From Podarcis filfolensis (taxonomy: Eukaryota), in assembly GCA_964270895.1 (NCBI GenBank), contig OZ185443.1: a DNA stretch of 64,000 nt, one strand, 5' to 3'. Position 1 is the stretch's first letter; every line of letters begins with the position of its first letter. The position numbers and the translations under genes were made by a program. Positions 25,087 to 37,560 of the stretch are shown one piece after another. The notes beneath the pieces were generated by a model that was not told the origin of the DNA, did no database searches, and worked only from the letters and a program-made list of their open reading frames with translations.

Positions 25087-27384
25087 ATGAGATGAACTCA
25101 ACTACTTCACCTTGCATTTACCTCAGGCTAATGTTGCTTATGGTAAAACAACTAAAGGCATGTTTTGAATTTCCTGGTTGGGCAAAACATGGAAGAAGGG
25201 AAACAACAATTGTTTTGATGAAGCCTAGCAAAAATTTCTTACAGGGGTTCTGAAGAGTCCCATATCAAACATTCCTCTCCATTGTATACCACCACCTGCT
25301 TATAAAGCTTTCACAACAGTACAACATTTTATGGCAGATTTAAAATGTGTGGTGTAACATCTTCCCCCTGGAGACTTAGTGACCTACTTCACTTCAGTAT
25401 GTATGATAGCACAATACTTCAGATAAATTCTGTCACAGCTGCCAAGACTTCACTGCCAACATAGTGGTGGGAGGGATGCTCCTGTCGAGGTCACCCATTG
25501 CCAGGTGAGGAATCTCTTCAGGGGATTCCTTGTGCTAGCTTCCTGGGAATATACAATGTAAGAAGATATAATGGCAATTGAAAACTGCTGTTAGCTCAGT
25601 AAAAACTGAACCAGACTCCATTTAATTGAAATAACTGCCGTGCGTTCACACACTTCCTGAAACATCAAAGTGTGAGGAACAGATGGGCTGTAAGAGAGAG
25701 AAATCCTTTTGGATAAAGAGTCCCAAAACATGCTATAATTAGTAGAAGCATCAGGGAAAATTATTAACACAAGACAAGTAAATTGATCAAAGTTTTCTAA
25801 AAGATTGTGAGATTAGTGCAATGTGACAGTCCTAATTTGAATTCATTTTCAGTCTCCCTCCTAATCCCCGAAACAAAATATTGCAAAATACCATCTGACA
25901 AAATATCAACAATAAGAAAGCAGATTGGCATCCTACCCTTCAGTCTTACTAAACCAGTGGGGTTCCCCCCTCCATACTCACATTTTGTTTATGCATCTTC
26001 TAAATTATAGAAACGGCCTGCAATTCCAGTTGCAATCCAGAACTGTACAGCACTAAAGGCCAAATTCAGACAAACAAAGTGAAACTGTGCATTCTCTTTG
26101 TCAAGGGGGGAAGAGATGAAAAATGTTTATGGTGTGATGGGATCAAATTAAGGATTAGGAAAGTGATGATGTGGTGTGAGATGAATAAATGATTAATGGG
26201 AAGACGTATATACACCCTGCAAGCAAATGAAGATGAATGCTCCATAAAGACTGGACATAGTCTAACTGCTGCATAGGCTTTGTGCACGCAAATCAAGATG
26301 AATGCTCAATGTACAAGTAATCTGGAGAAGCACCTCAAAGGAGGATACCATAGATAAAGGGTTATAGCCAACACTAGTCATACTCAAAGTGCACCCATGG
26401 AAAGCAATGGATTTAAATGCTTTTACTATCACTCAAGAGGTGAATATGTTTATTACAGGTGTATCCCATCATTCCTCGCAGAGCATGGGGCAGCTAACAG
26501 TCTTAATCCACTTTATCTCCCTGGATTCCTTTTGAAGTGTGTTCATGTATTTAGTTATGGAAAAGTTATATGCACAAACCAGTCTTCTGACTTGTCCATG
26601 GAGATGCACTTACTTTATTTCTTCAAAGAAGTGATGGAATCTGCCCCGATCCACGAATTTTGTGTTGATGTTTAATGATGTCTAAGGGACACACACTTTT
26701 GTTTATTGAAAGTAGGTGTCTGTTACGAGCATGCATAATACTATTAAAAGGAGGGTTATCCATAAAAATAACTTTAAGAAGCTATCAGTAGCAATCCTAT
26801 ATGTTACAGTTGGTAACACCATACTCCTTGCAACTTTCACCAAGATGAAAACAGAACCTAAAGCAGCTGGGGTGGAGAAGGGTCCATTATGCTGAATTGA
26901 TTTCTATGTGAAAGCCGGTGAAGAAAGCCAGGTCCAAATCAACTCGCATGCAGTTCTAACAGCATTCATGTTGTGCTTGATTTATCTAATCAACAACATT
27001 ATACACCCTCTGGACCTAAATGTAACTCAGACTGCTCCTAGGTGAGCATGACCTACAGAGTTCTCCAGATAGATCTCCTAATGAGTTTAGAGCAAATAAT
27101 GATGAAAATCTAACCAGAAGAGAAAGGTAGTGGTGCAAAGGGCATGGTCAATAAAATGTTCACAGAGCTATACAAACAATGCAATTTCTTCTTCCACAAC
27201 TTAACCTGAGGACTAGAGTGAAGGGAATTTTAGTTCAATTTGTGCCTGATTTACTTTTGACCTTTCTTTTTAAAAGTAATACAAAAGGAACTGGATTGCT
27301 TAACAAGAGGAACAATAAATAATCCTGCATGATTTATTTACTCATTTACGATTAAGAAAGTAAAGGTCAGATAATCAAGCACTG

Positions 27385-27416
27385 CTTTTCTTTTCTTTTC
27401 TTTTCTTTTCCTTTCT
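27385..27416. repeat. (CTTTT)n microsatellite
   Basis: Seen directly. Confidence 0.95.
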
Positions 27417-27713
27417 CAGTCACTTGCTTTGGAACAAATAATTGCATGCTTCAATTTGCATCTCTGTTTAGACAACTTCACTTACTTCAGTCCATAGATA
27501 ACTCATGGAACCAAAACCTCACAAACAAACAAAAATTTGCAGAAAGCAAGCCAGGTATCAAAGGTCTACCTGTATCATTCATGTTCTGTTGAATAAGATA
27601 AACGTATTATGCACAGAACTGTTGTGAGCTACTTGAAATGCAAAAATTAAATATTCATATCTCTATTTATCTCCACACAAAACCCCTCCTCCTTCAAGAA
27701 ATCTCGAGAACTA

Positions 27714-28008
27714 CCGTATTTTTCGCCCTATAGGACGCATTTTTCCCCCTCCAAAAATGAAGGGGAAATGTGTGTGCATCCTATGGGGTGAATGCAGGCT
27801 TTCACTGAAGCCTGGAGAGCGAGAGGGGTCAGTGCACACCGACCCCTCTCTCTCTCCAGGCTTTGGGCAGCTCTCCGCAAGCCTTGGGAGCCTGGCAGGA
27901 AGTCGCGCCGGTCACCCAAGGCTTGCAGGGAGCTGCCTGCATCCTGAAGCCTGGGGTGAGAGGGGTCGGTGCGCACTGACCCCTCTCGCTCTCCAGGCTT
28001 CAGCGAAA
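27714..28008. mobile_element. Truncated Tc1/mariner-type non-autonomous element with a palindromic GC-rich core
   Basis: TA followed by ccgtatttttcgccctataggacgca (mariner/Tc2-like left end); internal inverted repeats at 27801-28008; no right TIR found. Confidence 0.7.
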
Positions 28009-28034
28009 CATGATCCTCAGCCTACAGCTAAAGG

Positions 28035-28160
28035 CAGGTATGGGGAGCCTCTTGTCCTGCCTCCTGAATATTGCTGAACTACAACTTCCATCTTGGTCAT
28101 GCCTGCTGGGGCCGGTATAAGTTGGAGTCCAACAACATCTGGAGAGTTGCAAGGTCACCA
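28035..28160. repeat. Short palindromic squamate repeat
   Basis: ttgctgaactacaacttcc...gttggagtccaacaacatctggag; same family as 11381-11502. Confidence 0.55.
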
Positions 28161-28360
28161 TTTTTTATCTAAGGTTATAGAAGCTAGAGAGAGAGAGAAC
28201 TGGTCCTTGAAATACATCCACCTTACAGATCAGCACCCATATACAGAGTTCCCTACCACCATTTCCCACTATCTCTTTTGGTACTGCTCAATGTGTGGAC
28301 TGCAGCTATTATGTGGTAGTGATTTCCATCCCTTCCTGGTGAATACCATTGACATGGATT

Positions 28361-28618
28361 ATGACCAGACCAAGGAATGAAGAGACAAGATCCAGAAAAC
28401 AGGTTGCACAAGTTCACATTTATTAACATAACATCTGCAGGGTGAATGGAAAAGTGTGGGAAACTAATCTCAATTGACGCCCTGGGCAAGCCAAAACCTG
28501 TTGATGGCAAGGGGCATGACAATGCATAGCTCCAATGACTGGTCCTCACCCTCTGGTGAGGATGGAGGCCCCACAGTACCAGGCAGATGAGGTAGATTGG
28601 CCACAAGAACATTCCATA
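28361..28618 (-). mobile_element. Possible degenerate solo LTR
   Basis: The minus strand has an LTR-like layout: GC-rich 5' part, AATAAA near 28420, and a pyrimidine-rich U5-like end. Termini are degenerate and no TSD is seen. Confidence 0.3.
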
Positions 28619-28780
28619 TTCATAATTTATTTCTTCTTCTTTGGGAAGATACCTGTGTAGAAAATAAGGCTGGAGCAGAATTCAAGGAGAAATAAATTTG
28701 GGGAAATTTGTGGGAAATCATTTTTTGGTGAGTGTCGGAGGATTTGTTTGGGAAGTGATTCTGTACTACACTTGTGGTAC

Positions 28781-28983
28781 AAAAACTTCTTGACAGTAAG
28801 AGCTGTTCGACAGTGGAATTTGCTGCCAAGGAGTGTGGTGGAGTCTCCTTCTTTGGAGGTCTTTAAGCAGAGGCTTGACAACCATATGTCAGGAGTGGTC
28901 TGATGGTGTTTCCTGCTTGGCAGGGGGTTGGACTCGATGGCCCTTGTGGTCTCTTCCAACTCTATGATTCTATGATTCTATGA
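28781..28983 (+). mobile_element. CR1 LINE 3' end
   Basis: aacttcttgacagtaagagctgttcgacagtggaa...ggttggactcgatggcccttgtggtctcttccaactctatg followed by the (ATTCTATG)n tail typical of CR1. Confidence 0.92.
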
Positions 28984-29792
28984 AATGGTGATTTGGGAAT
29001 TGTAGAATTAAGTAGATTTCTCCTGGATCACACCACTGTCCATATTCATCTGTTTTCAACAGCAGCCATCCAGATCCCCATGGGATCTGATAAGCAGGTC
29101 ATCTAAGTGTTGGACTTCTTTTGTCCTTTGACTGAGGAGAGGTATGCTATTTTGAATAAAGATGTTTCATTGAGATTCTCCCAATTGTTCTCCAGCTGAT
29201 TGGCCCAGTTCTAGCTTATCACTGTAAACCTTGAGATGTATCTTCTTGTCAGAGCTACCCATAGATCATTCTCTCATCACAGCTAGATGGAATTCCATGT
29301 TATCTATTCTGAAAGAATCTCAGGTTGGCCAATAATGTGTTGGATTCCAAATCAAACACTAATGTGTACCACAATCTATATTATCTATTTATAGGTATTA
29401 ATTATGGACTTCGTTGGAATAAAATTTGCACAGTAGGGGGATTCCTCTGCTGTTGCCAGATGGTATTTGTGTCACTTCCACATCACATGCAAATCTATCC
29501 AGTGTGTTAGATATCCCCTCCCCACTAAATCTGAACTCGTAATATCAAATCTGGCTTGATACATATGAAATGTTCAAATAGAATGCTATATTGAAGACAT
29601 TTATTTCTACTGAATCTAGATTCTTGACCTTTATCGTTTATGTTGTGCATTAGCTTAGCTTTGATTTAATAGTTTAATATAATCCTTTAAAGGCTTCCTC
29701 TTGATGCTTTTCTTGTTCAAAATGTGTAACTGCTTGAAAGATTTAAAAGAAAAGAGATAAGGTGAACACTTGACTAACAGACTCAATTTTCC

Positions 29793-29980
29793 TGAATCAT
29801 GTCTATGTTTCCTCTTTTCCAGGCTAAATATATCCAGCTCCCTCAAATGTTCCTCACAAGGCCTGGTTTCCAGATCCTTGATCATCGTGGTCACCCTCCT
29901 CTGCACAAGTTCCAGCTTGTCAATATCCTTCTTAAATTGTGATGCCCAGAACTGGACACAGTAGTCCAGGTATGGTCTGG
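29793..29980 (-). mobile_element. CR1 LINE ORF2 fragment
   Basis: ORF 29655-29987 reads [56 protein letters not shown], the classic CR1 post-RT motif. Confidence 0.88.
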
Positions 29981-30000
29981 AATCCAATTTTCATGTCACC

Positions 30001-30383
30001 GGGGACATGGGTGGCACTGTGGTCTAAACCACTGAGCCTCTTGGGCTTGCTGATCAGAAGGCTGGCAGTTCGAATACGCGTGATGAGGTGAGCACCCATT
30101 GCTTTGTCCCAGCTTCTGCTGACCTAGAATTTTGAAAGCACGCCAGAGTGAGTAGATAAATAGGTATTGTTGCAGCAGGAAGGTAAACTGTGTTTCCATG
30201 CACTCTGGCTTCCATCACGGTGTCCTGTTGCACCAGAGGTGGTTTCCTCATGCTGGCCACATGACTCGGAAAGCTGTCTGTGGACAAACGTTGGCTCCCT
30301 TGGCCTGAAAACAAGATGAGCTCTGCAACCCCACAGTCAAGTATGACTGGACTTAAACATCCAGGGTTCCTTTACCTTTACCT
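30001..30383 (+). mobile_element. Sauria SINE (longest copy in the window)
   Basis: tRNA-like head with B box gttcgaat, gagtagataaataggt segment, catgctggccacatgactcgg, ACCTTT tail; degenerate TSD catgtcacc / catgccacc. Confidence 0.9.
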
Positions 30384-31574
30384 ACCATGCCACCACTTTG
30401 GGTGGTGGCAGGTCATGGAGCTAGAGAAGTGATGATAATGGGCAGAGATGTACTGGTGTACAAGTAGAGTGTGTTGAAGTTTTCAGAAATATTCTTTTAT
30501 GGAGCTACCGATTCTCTAATATTACATACTGAGAAACCTCCCTTCCCTCATAAGATCTTTGGATTTTATTTTGTCCTTTCATCCTCTTTCTACCAACCAA
30601 TTGCTTGTGTGAAATAGGAACATGGCTGTTTGTGCAGGTGAAACATGGTTGCCAGAGACTAAACCTGATGATTTTATGGGAGACTTGCCATTTAAACGGT
30701 ATGTCTGTTATTTGCACAGTACAATGAAAAATCAAACCAGCACAATACTGTTACAAGACACTGGAAAATCAGATTGAAAAACTGAAATGAAAGCCTTGGG
30801 GGCAAAGTTCCATTTGCAGAGTGTTTGATAGGTGTCCACTTTCATTTCTAACAGGACAAATAGATTACACTTTTGCAATAACTGGATGATGCAATCTAGA
30901 GCAAGAAATAGTTCAGACATGAAATTTGGAGCCTATCCAGGTATGCAGAAAGAGATCCAATTAGAGGCCTCTCAGCATACAAACTATTATTGTAGGTATT
31001 TTTTAAAAAAATTATAATAGCCTATGCTCCTTTTTTCACAACCTCAAAATGCCTTACAAAAATCAACTCAAAGAGTAACAACTAGAGATAAGTATATTCA
31101 TTCATTTCTATGAAATTTATTCTACCATTCAGTTATGACTTAGTTACAAGGTGCTTATCTTTTTTGGGGGGAGGGAAAGATTTATTTTAGAATATTGCTA
31201 ATGACTTTTGCGCACATTCAAGACAACAACAGCAACTCCATCATACAAAAAAGTTTGTTCCTTTGAGGTTTTTTGCATGCGTATGCTGCCTTTCTGCTGG
31301 AGTGTGCCAGGTGTGATCCTGCGGGCTGCTGATTCTGATAAGCGTGAGAGCTGATACACGGAGGGATGCTTTCTAAAGTCCAAGCATCCCAGGACATGAA
31401 TGGTATTCAGTGTTAAAACTAATTCCTTGAATTGGTCTTGGAAGCAAATAGGTAGTGGGAAATATTAGTTAAATCAAAACACCAGAGTTGTGAGGGTTGG
31501 GGTTTTTTTTGTTTTGTTTTTGCTAAATATTTATCTCTGTACTGGTTCTTAGACATCTTGGCAACCTCTAATAT

Positions 31575-31711
31575 AGATGTAGCCAATGTGGTGACCTCCA
31601 GATTTTGATGGACTGCAGTTCCCATCACCCCTGACCAGAGCCCATGTTGGCTGAGGCTGGTAGAAGCTGCAGTCCAATAATATCTGGAGGTCAGCATGCT
31701 GCCAACCCCTG
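31575..31711. repeat. Short palindromic squamate repeat
   Basis: gacctccagattttgatggactgcag...ctgcagtccaataatatctggaggtc is a clear inverted repeat. Confidence 0.6.
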
Positions 31712-32409
31712 GATTAATAATGCACAAAGAAGATCTCCCCAATGAAACTTTTATTTTTAGCATGCATTGGCTTTCTACCTTCTATGGGAATGCTTGCCAA
31801 CGGAATGTGAGTTTGAATTCCAAACAATACCTCATACATAATCGAAATAAGGTTTCATTTATTTCACTAATCCATCCAAATCCATTTTTAAATGGGAAAA
31901 CAATCTGCTAGAAGTTAGTGTATTGCGATAAACAAGCCAGTATGAATAGCACTTCTGTGTGTGTCTTGCAACCATTTCCCTTGAACTATGTGACCAAGGA
32001 TTTGAAAGCACGGGTGGATTTATTATAGGAAATGGGTTGTATCCAACCAAGTTATACTCAGAGTAGACCCATTGCAATGGAGCTAAGCTGTGTTCATTAA
32101 TTTTAATTGGTCTACTTTGAATATATCTAATTTGGATGTAATTCAATATCTGGAAACTCAATGCATTTCTTGAATGTGTGTTGTGACCATCTTGGTGGTC
32201 TTTACCTTTTCCTGTGGCAGAGTGCTTCCTTTAAGTAGCTGTGTGATATGTGGCAATGCAACAGTAGAAATTTAAAACTGAATCTCCCCAATGGGAAAAG
32301 GACTATCTGCATATTATGTAGCTATGAAAGCATAGGAGTCCTTCCAGAAAAAAAGTGCTCAGCTTTTATATGCACATTATTTTATGAGGTGCATGGGGTG
32401 TTAGGGAAG

Positions 32410-32997
32410 GCGTAGTACCTCTGGTGGAGGACACATTGTGCTCCTTCTGGGATAGTACATCTGCCTTTGGTCCCTACCCTCTGGGAAATGGCTTTGAATG
32501 GCTGGCTAAACCAGGTGAGGGTAGCCGATGGGTCTCAAATCCTCAGTGTGTTAGGGACTTCATCTGCATGTAAAGACAGGCTCTGGCAGATTGAGCAAAC
32601 ATGACCAATAATGGGTTCTACAGTCAAGAAGTAGAGGGAAGTGAGGGGCTTGTCAACCTGGGAAGGCAGCCCATCTAGGAGAAGGGAAACCCTGGTCTAA
32701 AGAGCAAACTGTACACAAATCCAGAGTGGAGTCTGTAAGACGGTTGGATGGTGTCTGGTACGCTTCCTTCCGGCAACTCCTGCAGTCAAGCTGGTGCCAA
32801 ACATATTCCTCTGCTTTCCTCTGGACCATTATCAGCAAGGCTGAGGGGAGGTCTTGTTGTCTAGGCAGCTCAGGACCTCCATACACACTGCCTGCATTTC
32901 TACCCCAGGGAGGTCACTTTGGCACTGCTACTGCAGTGGTTTGACTTCACCTCCGGAGGTGCACTCCATTGTCTCTTGAGACAGATGGATGCCAACA
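32410..32997 (+). mobile_element. Retroposon-derived segment, possibly RTE-clade 5' region or derived SINE
   Basis: Contains gggcttgtcaacctgggaaggcagcccatctaggagaagggaaac, a motif I associate with RTE-type 5' regions. No ORF recognised; classification is inference. Confidence 0.35.
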
Positions 32998-33726
32998 ATA
33001 TATTTATTTATACCCTGTCTTTTTCCCTGACAGAGACTCATGGAAGCTTACAGATAAAAATAAGAACAGCTAAAAAATAGAAAGAAAAAATTCCTTAAGA
33101 ACAATTATTGATTGGATTGAATTAAATCTATCTATCTGTACGTATGTGTGTGTGTGTTTGTGTGTGTATAAACACACAAGCGTGAGAGAGAGAAATGTAG
33201 GGACCTTACAGTGTTGGGGTTTTAAATGAACATTTGAAGGTTCATCATGAATGAAGAAGGGACTGAAATAGCACAAGATGAATCTATATCACATATAGCT
33301 GCATGAAAAGAGATCAAATAGGATTTCTCAGTTTGATTATGTGAACGAGTTTTCTTGATCCTCAAGCTTCTGTACTCCCCACTCCTCCAGCACCATATGA
33401 GCCAGAATTGGCAATATCTGCTTCCCATTTAGTAGTAGCAGTGGCTTACTGTTATGACCCTAAAAGGAGTGTGGCTTGTGTAAGCTACAGTTTAGTGAGA
33501 CAAGCCAGACTCAGACCATGGTTTATGGTCTTGGTATATTAATAAATCAGATTTTACACTAATCTACAATTTGTCATTTTGGGAGATACAATAAACTGCA
33601 GCTACTGCTAAACAGGAAGTGGATTCTTCCAGTCTCCTTCTTGTTGTTGTACCAGGATTGGGGTATGGAGTGGGAGACTAGGGCTTCAGCAGGCTCATTC
33701 ATATATCACAAAATGGTTTAGCAATA

Positions 33727-33883
33727 CAGTCGTACCTCTACTTATGTATCCCTCTGGATACGGAATCTTTGTGTTACGGCCACGGCAAACCCGCATGCGC
33801 AGAAGCGCGCCTCTATTTACGTAATTTTTGGAGTGCGAACGGAACCCCGGAACGAATTAAGTTCGTATCCAGAGGGTCCACTG
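33727..33883. mobile_element. Tc1/mariner-type MITE (157 bp)
   Basis: Imperfect TIRs cagtcgtacctct / agagggtccactg, TA on both sides (33725-33726, 33884-33885), CpG-rich interior. Confidence 0.82.
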
Positions 33884-34482
33884 TATATTCAATCTGGGTG
33901 TGAAAACTAGCAGGTTAAAAGCAAGTTTAGTAGTTTTGTTGTTGTTTTTACCTTGTGAGCAGAATGCGCCATAGCAAAATGTTGCAAGCCTTTGAGTGTC
34001 TCAGAAGGAATAAAAGCCACATTTGCTATTTATTTGAGACATACACTGTTGGACAATAAGCGATGATGATTGTGTGTATCAAGCATCTGTTAGTGCAGGG
34101 GAACAAGAAGCTTTTATATTTGAGTCAGAATGGGACAGCAGTGTTCATTAAACAGCAAATACAAAAAGCTTACATGTTTACCTTTTAAGCCCATGGATTC
34201 TGTTCTGATTAGTCTGAATGGCAACTGAAAATCATGCAAGCAGTGTAATTTTTCAGGAGGTACACAGGAGGAACAAGAATCCTACAAGAATGACATTGGT
34301 AGGATTTCTGCCCAAGTAAAAGTTAACTGGAGTTATTGCATTTTAGGAAGAGGTAGGACAGAACAAGCAAAAATGTCTATTTGGAATAATAAAATAATCA
34401 GTACAGACAGTTGCTGCTGCCTGCATTAGAAATTAAAAAAAACCACATAAAATCCATACAAAATAAGCATGTGTCAGGTGGC

Positions 34483-34924
34483 TGTAAGCAACTCCCACAG
34501 CTGGTTGCCAGGAACATACAAAAACAAGGACAAGTTCTTATCATCTGCTTTTTATTCAATATTTACATAGGGTGGCTTGGAACATTCCCCAACCCCCTTC
34601 TCTCTCACTTCCTCATTTGTCATCAGCATCATCTTCTCACTTACTGCCATCTGTCTTTGAGCTCTTTGCTCTCCTACTTTTAAGGCTGGCCAGGTTCTGG
34701 GAGATGGTGGGTCTGGAATGCTTTCTAGTGACGTGCCAGCCAGCTGCTGCTCCAGCTCTGCCTGTTCCTCCTCTTCCATTATTTCCCAACTTTCCCCCTC
34801 GTCTTCTTCTGAGCTGTGACCTCCCTGAAACCCCTGTTGTGATTCTGAACTGTCTTCCGCTTCTCTGGAAGGGTCAGGCTGGGGAGGCGGTCTCCACCAT
34901 TCCTCCTCTGCCCAGTCCCTGACA
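34483..34924 (-). mobile_element. Solo LTR (probably Gypsy-type), 442 bp
   Basis: The minus strand starts TGTCAGGG and ends CTTACA (TG...CA), with AATAAA about 70 bp before the end. It carries a 123-codon acidic open frame. No exact TSD seen. Confidence 0.72.
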
Positions 34925-34944
34925 GCAGGTCATGATTTATCCAC

Positions 34945-35049
34945 TATCCAGAAGCTGCTGAACTCAAACTCCTATTGTTCCTATTGGCCATACAGCTGCT
35001 GAGAGTTGTAGTTCAGCAACATTTGGAGGGCCAAAGGTTCCTCACACCT
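34945..35049. repeat. Short palindromic squamate repeat
   Basis: ctgctgaactcaaactc...gagttgtagttcagcaac inverted arms; ends ggagggccaaaggttcctcacacctg. Confidence 0.55.
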
Positions 35050-36195
35050 GTTTTATTGGATCAGTTTCTTCCTGCTTTACATTTCCACAGAATTCACAGT
35101 ACAGATTGTTAAGGCTGGAGAAGGAGGGAGGGAGTGATTACATTTCAATCTTTTACTGCAGTTCTTGTGCTGTGTCCCACCCAGGTATATAAAGCAGATA
35201 CCTTGCCAGAGATATTAATCCTTCACATGAGCTGAAGGGCAAGAACCAAAGGGCTCTCATCCTGTGGCTTGTCACCTGTACCACAAAGACTGCGGCAAAT
35301 AATCAAGACACACAGGGCACAGAGTTGTTGAGATTTGCAGTTTTTTTTCCTGGAGAAGATCCACAAAACAACTTTGATCCTGGTCAGGACTTCCCTATTG
35401 TGCCTGCAGCTTATGTGACTCCACCCTCTTTATTACTTCCAAAGAAAACTTGCACAGGAGAGCAAGGAACGGCCTTCATTTGAAATCCTTTGGGATTCTG
35501 TTTTTGCTGCAGCAGCTGTGCGTTCAGAGATAATCTAAGCCTTAAGGCTTATCTGAAGTTTCTACAAGAGTGGTGGTTGGCAGTTTAAACTGCAGTATGG
35601 GGATTAGGCGGTGCTCCCTTTGTTGAGTTCTCTGGGTTCCATTTATACTTTTTTTAATTATGTGGATTTATTTTTAAACTGCTCTGGGTGACCGTGGCTG
35701 GGATATTTAAAGTTTTATTTTTTTCATACCATTTTACATTTTTAATGCTATATAACTTTTTAATTTTTATTTTTATTTTTCATGGGTGTTTTTTTAAAAA
35801 TAAAATGCCCAGGTTACATTTCCACCACAACCCAATGACAAATAATTTAAAGTGGGTAAACTTTAGAGGCAGAACATACATTCACAATACCAGACTCTAA
35901 TAGATTTCATCTCCTAGAGAAGGAAGAGGCACAAGTGTCTCCAGAGAACTTGAAATTTCAAGACTAAGAAGGAAAACTCATAGGCAATCATAAAGGTTTC
36001 AGACAAAAGCAAACAGGTTTTCATTCAGTAGCCAAACAATGCTTTCTTGATGCAGAAAGGGCAACTAAAATTGAAACTAGCTGAAGCAGATATCTCTGTT
36101 CAGCTGCTTTAATTCAGAAAGAAAATACTAATAATGATTTTCCAGGTAAACATGTAGTGACAAGACTATGCACTGGTCCCAGGAATACATTTGTA

Positions 36196-36480
36196 CAGTG
36201 GTGGCTGGTGTGGAAGACAAGGAGGCTAATGGTAGGTGGCACTAGAGCAGGTAACAGGCAGAGACAGAGCAATGATCATTGGAGCCAACTAATTCTAATT
36301 TCCCCCCAATCCTTCTGCTGAGTTCTGTGAGGGCAAAACTGCAGCCAAGGAGAAGGAAGCTAACAGCCAGGGCCACATCCTGAACTGCTGGTAAGCAAGA
36401 TGGCAAATGTAGGTTGGCTGAGGGCAAATGGTGGCTGGTGGGATAGTGCCACACTTGCCCTAATGGACCAATCTCCCCTG
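36196..36480. mobile_element. hAT-type MITE
   Basis: Starts cagtggtggctgg, ends atctcccctg; 8-bp TSD catttgta / catttata (one mismatch). Confidence 0.7.
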
Positions 36481-36566
36481 CATTTATAGTTGTAGTAGTC
36501 ACCTCATGAAGCAGCTTTAACTGTTCTGAGACTCTGTGTGGTCTGTCTGCTTTGACTCACACTCCA

Positions 36567-37560
36567 GTTTCAGTGGTTATTCAGCCTCTGCTTAAAAACC
36601 TCTCATGATAGAGTCTACCACCTTCTGAGGCAATTTGTCACACTGTCAGACAGCTCATACCATCTGGAAGAACTTCCTAATGTTCAGTCTTAAGTTCTTT
36701 TTCTCATCACTTGAACAAGTTGGTTTGGGTCCTGCTTCTGAAGCAACAGAAAATATTGTTGCTCCATCATCTATGTGATAGCCCTTAAAATATTTGAGGA
36801 GAGCTCTTCTCAAGGCTAAACATATCCAGCTCCTATAACTTTTGTTTATCGGTTTCCAGGCCCCTCACCATGTTTGGCACTGCATTCCAGTTCACTGTTA
36901 TCGTTCTTAAACTGTGATTCCCAGAATCTGTAGCACTGCAGGTGACCAAAGCAGCATAAAGTACTACCATAATTTCTCATGGCTCGGAGACAATACTTCT
37001 GTTGATGCAGCTAGAATTGCTTTTGCCTCCCCGTTCCCATTTGCTGCCACATCACACTGCTGACTCTTGTTGAGCTTGTGGTCTGCTAAAATCCCTATAT
37101 CAGGTTTTTTTTACATGTATTGTTGCCAGGCTAGATGTCCACTATCTGACTCTGACTCTTGCATCTGACTCTTCCTATCTACATGCTCAACTTTACATTA
37201 ATCTCTGTTGAAATTATTTGTTGTCGTTAGTTTTGGCTACTAGTAATCCATCTTCCAATATCATCTTGAATCTTCTTTCTGTCCTCTAAGGTATTAGCTC
37301 CCATACTTTGTTTGGAGTCATAACCATGTTTCATGAACATCCCCTCGGCTTCTTCTTCCAAACAATTTATAAAGATGTTAAACAACATCAGGGCCACACC
37401 GCTAGTCACTTCTCTTACTGGTGAGGAGCTGTTCATTATCATTGTTGGATATGATCTATCAACGTTTTATCAGCTACCCAGCAAAAAATATCACAGGGAC
37501 CTTGTCAAAAGCCTTGCTGAAATCAAGATAAACTAGGTCCATAATATTCTCCTGATAAGT
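36567..37560 (-). mobile_element. Old CR1 LINE ORF2 (RT region to near 3' end), degenerate
   Basis: Minus strand contains cttgatttcagcaaggcttttgacaagg (LDFSKAFDKV), SSSPVREVTSGV...LMLFNIFINCLEEE (ORF 37227-37442), and 3' motifs such as ggaagttcttcc and tttttaagcagaggctg. Confidence 0.82.

Noticed and set aside
26223-26309. 22-bp direct repeat pair spaced 65 bp apart, superficially CRISPR-like
   Set aside because: Only two imperfect copies in a vertebrate genome; a local duplication, not an array.
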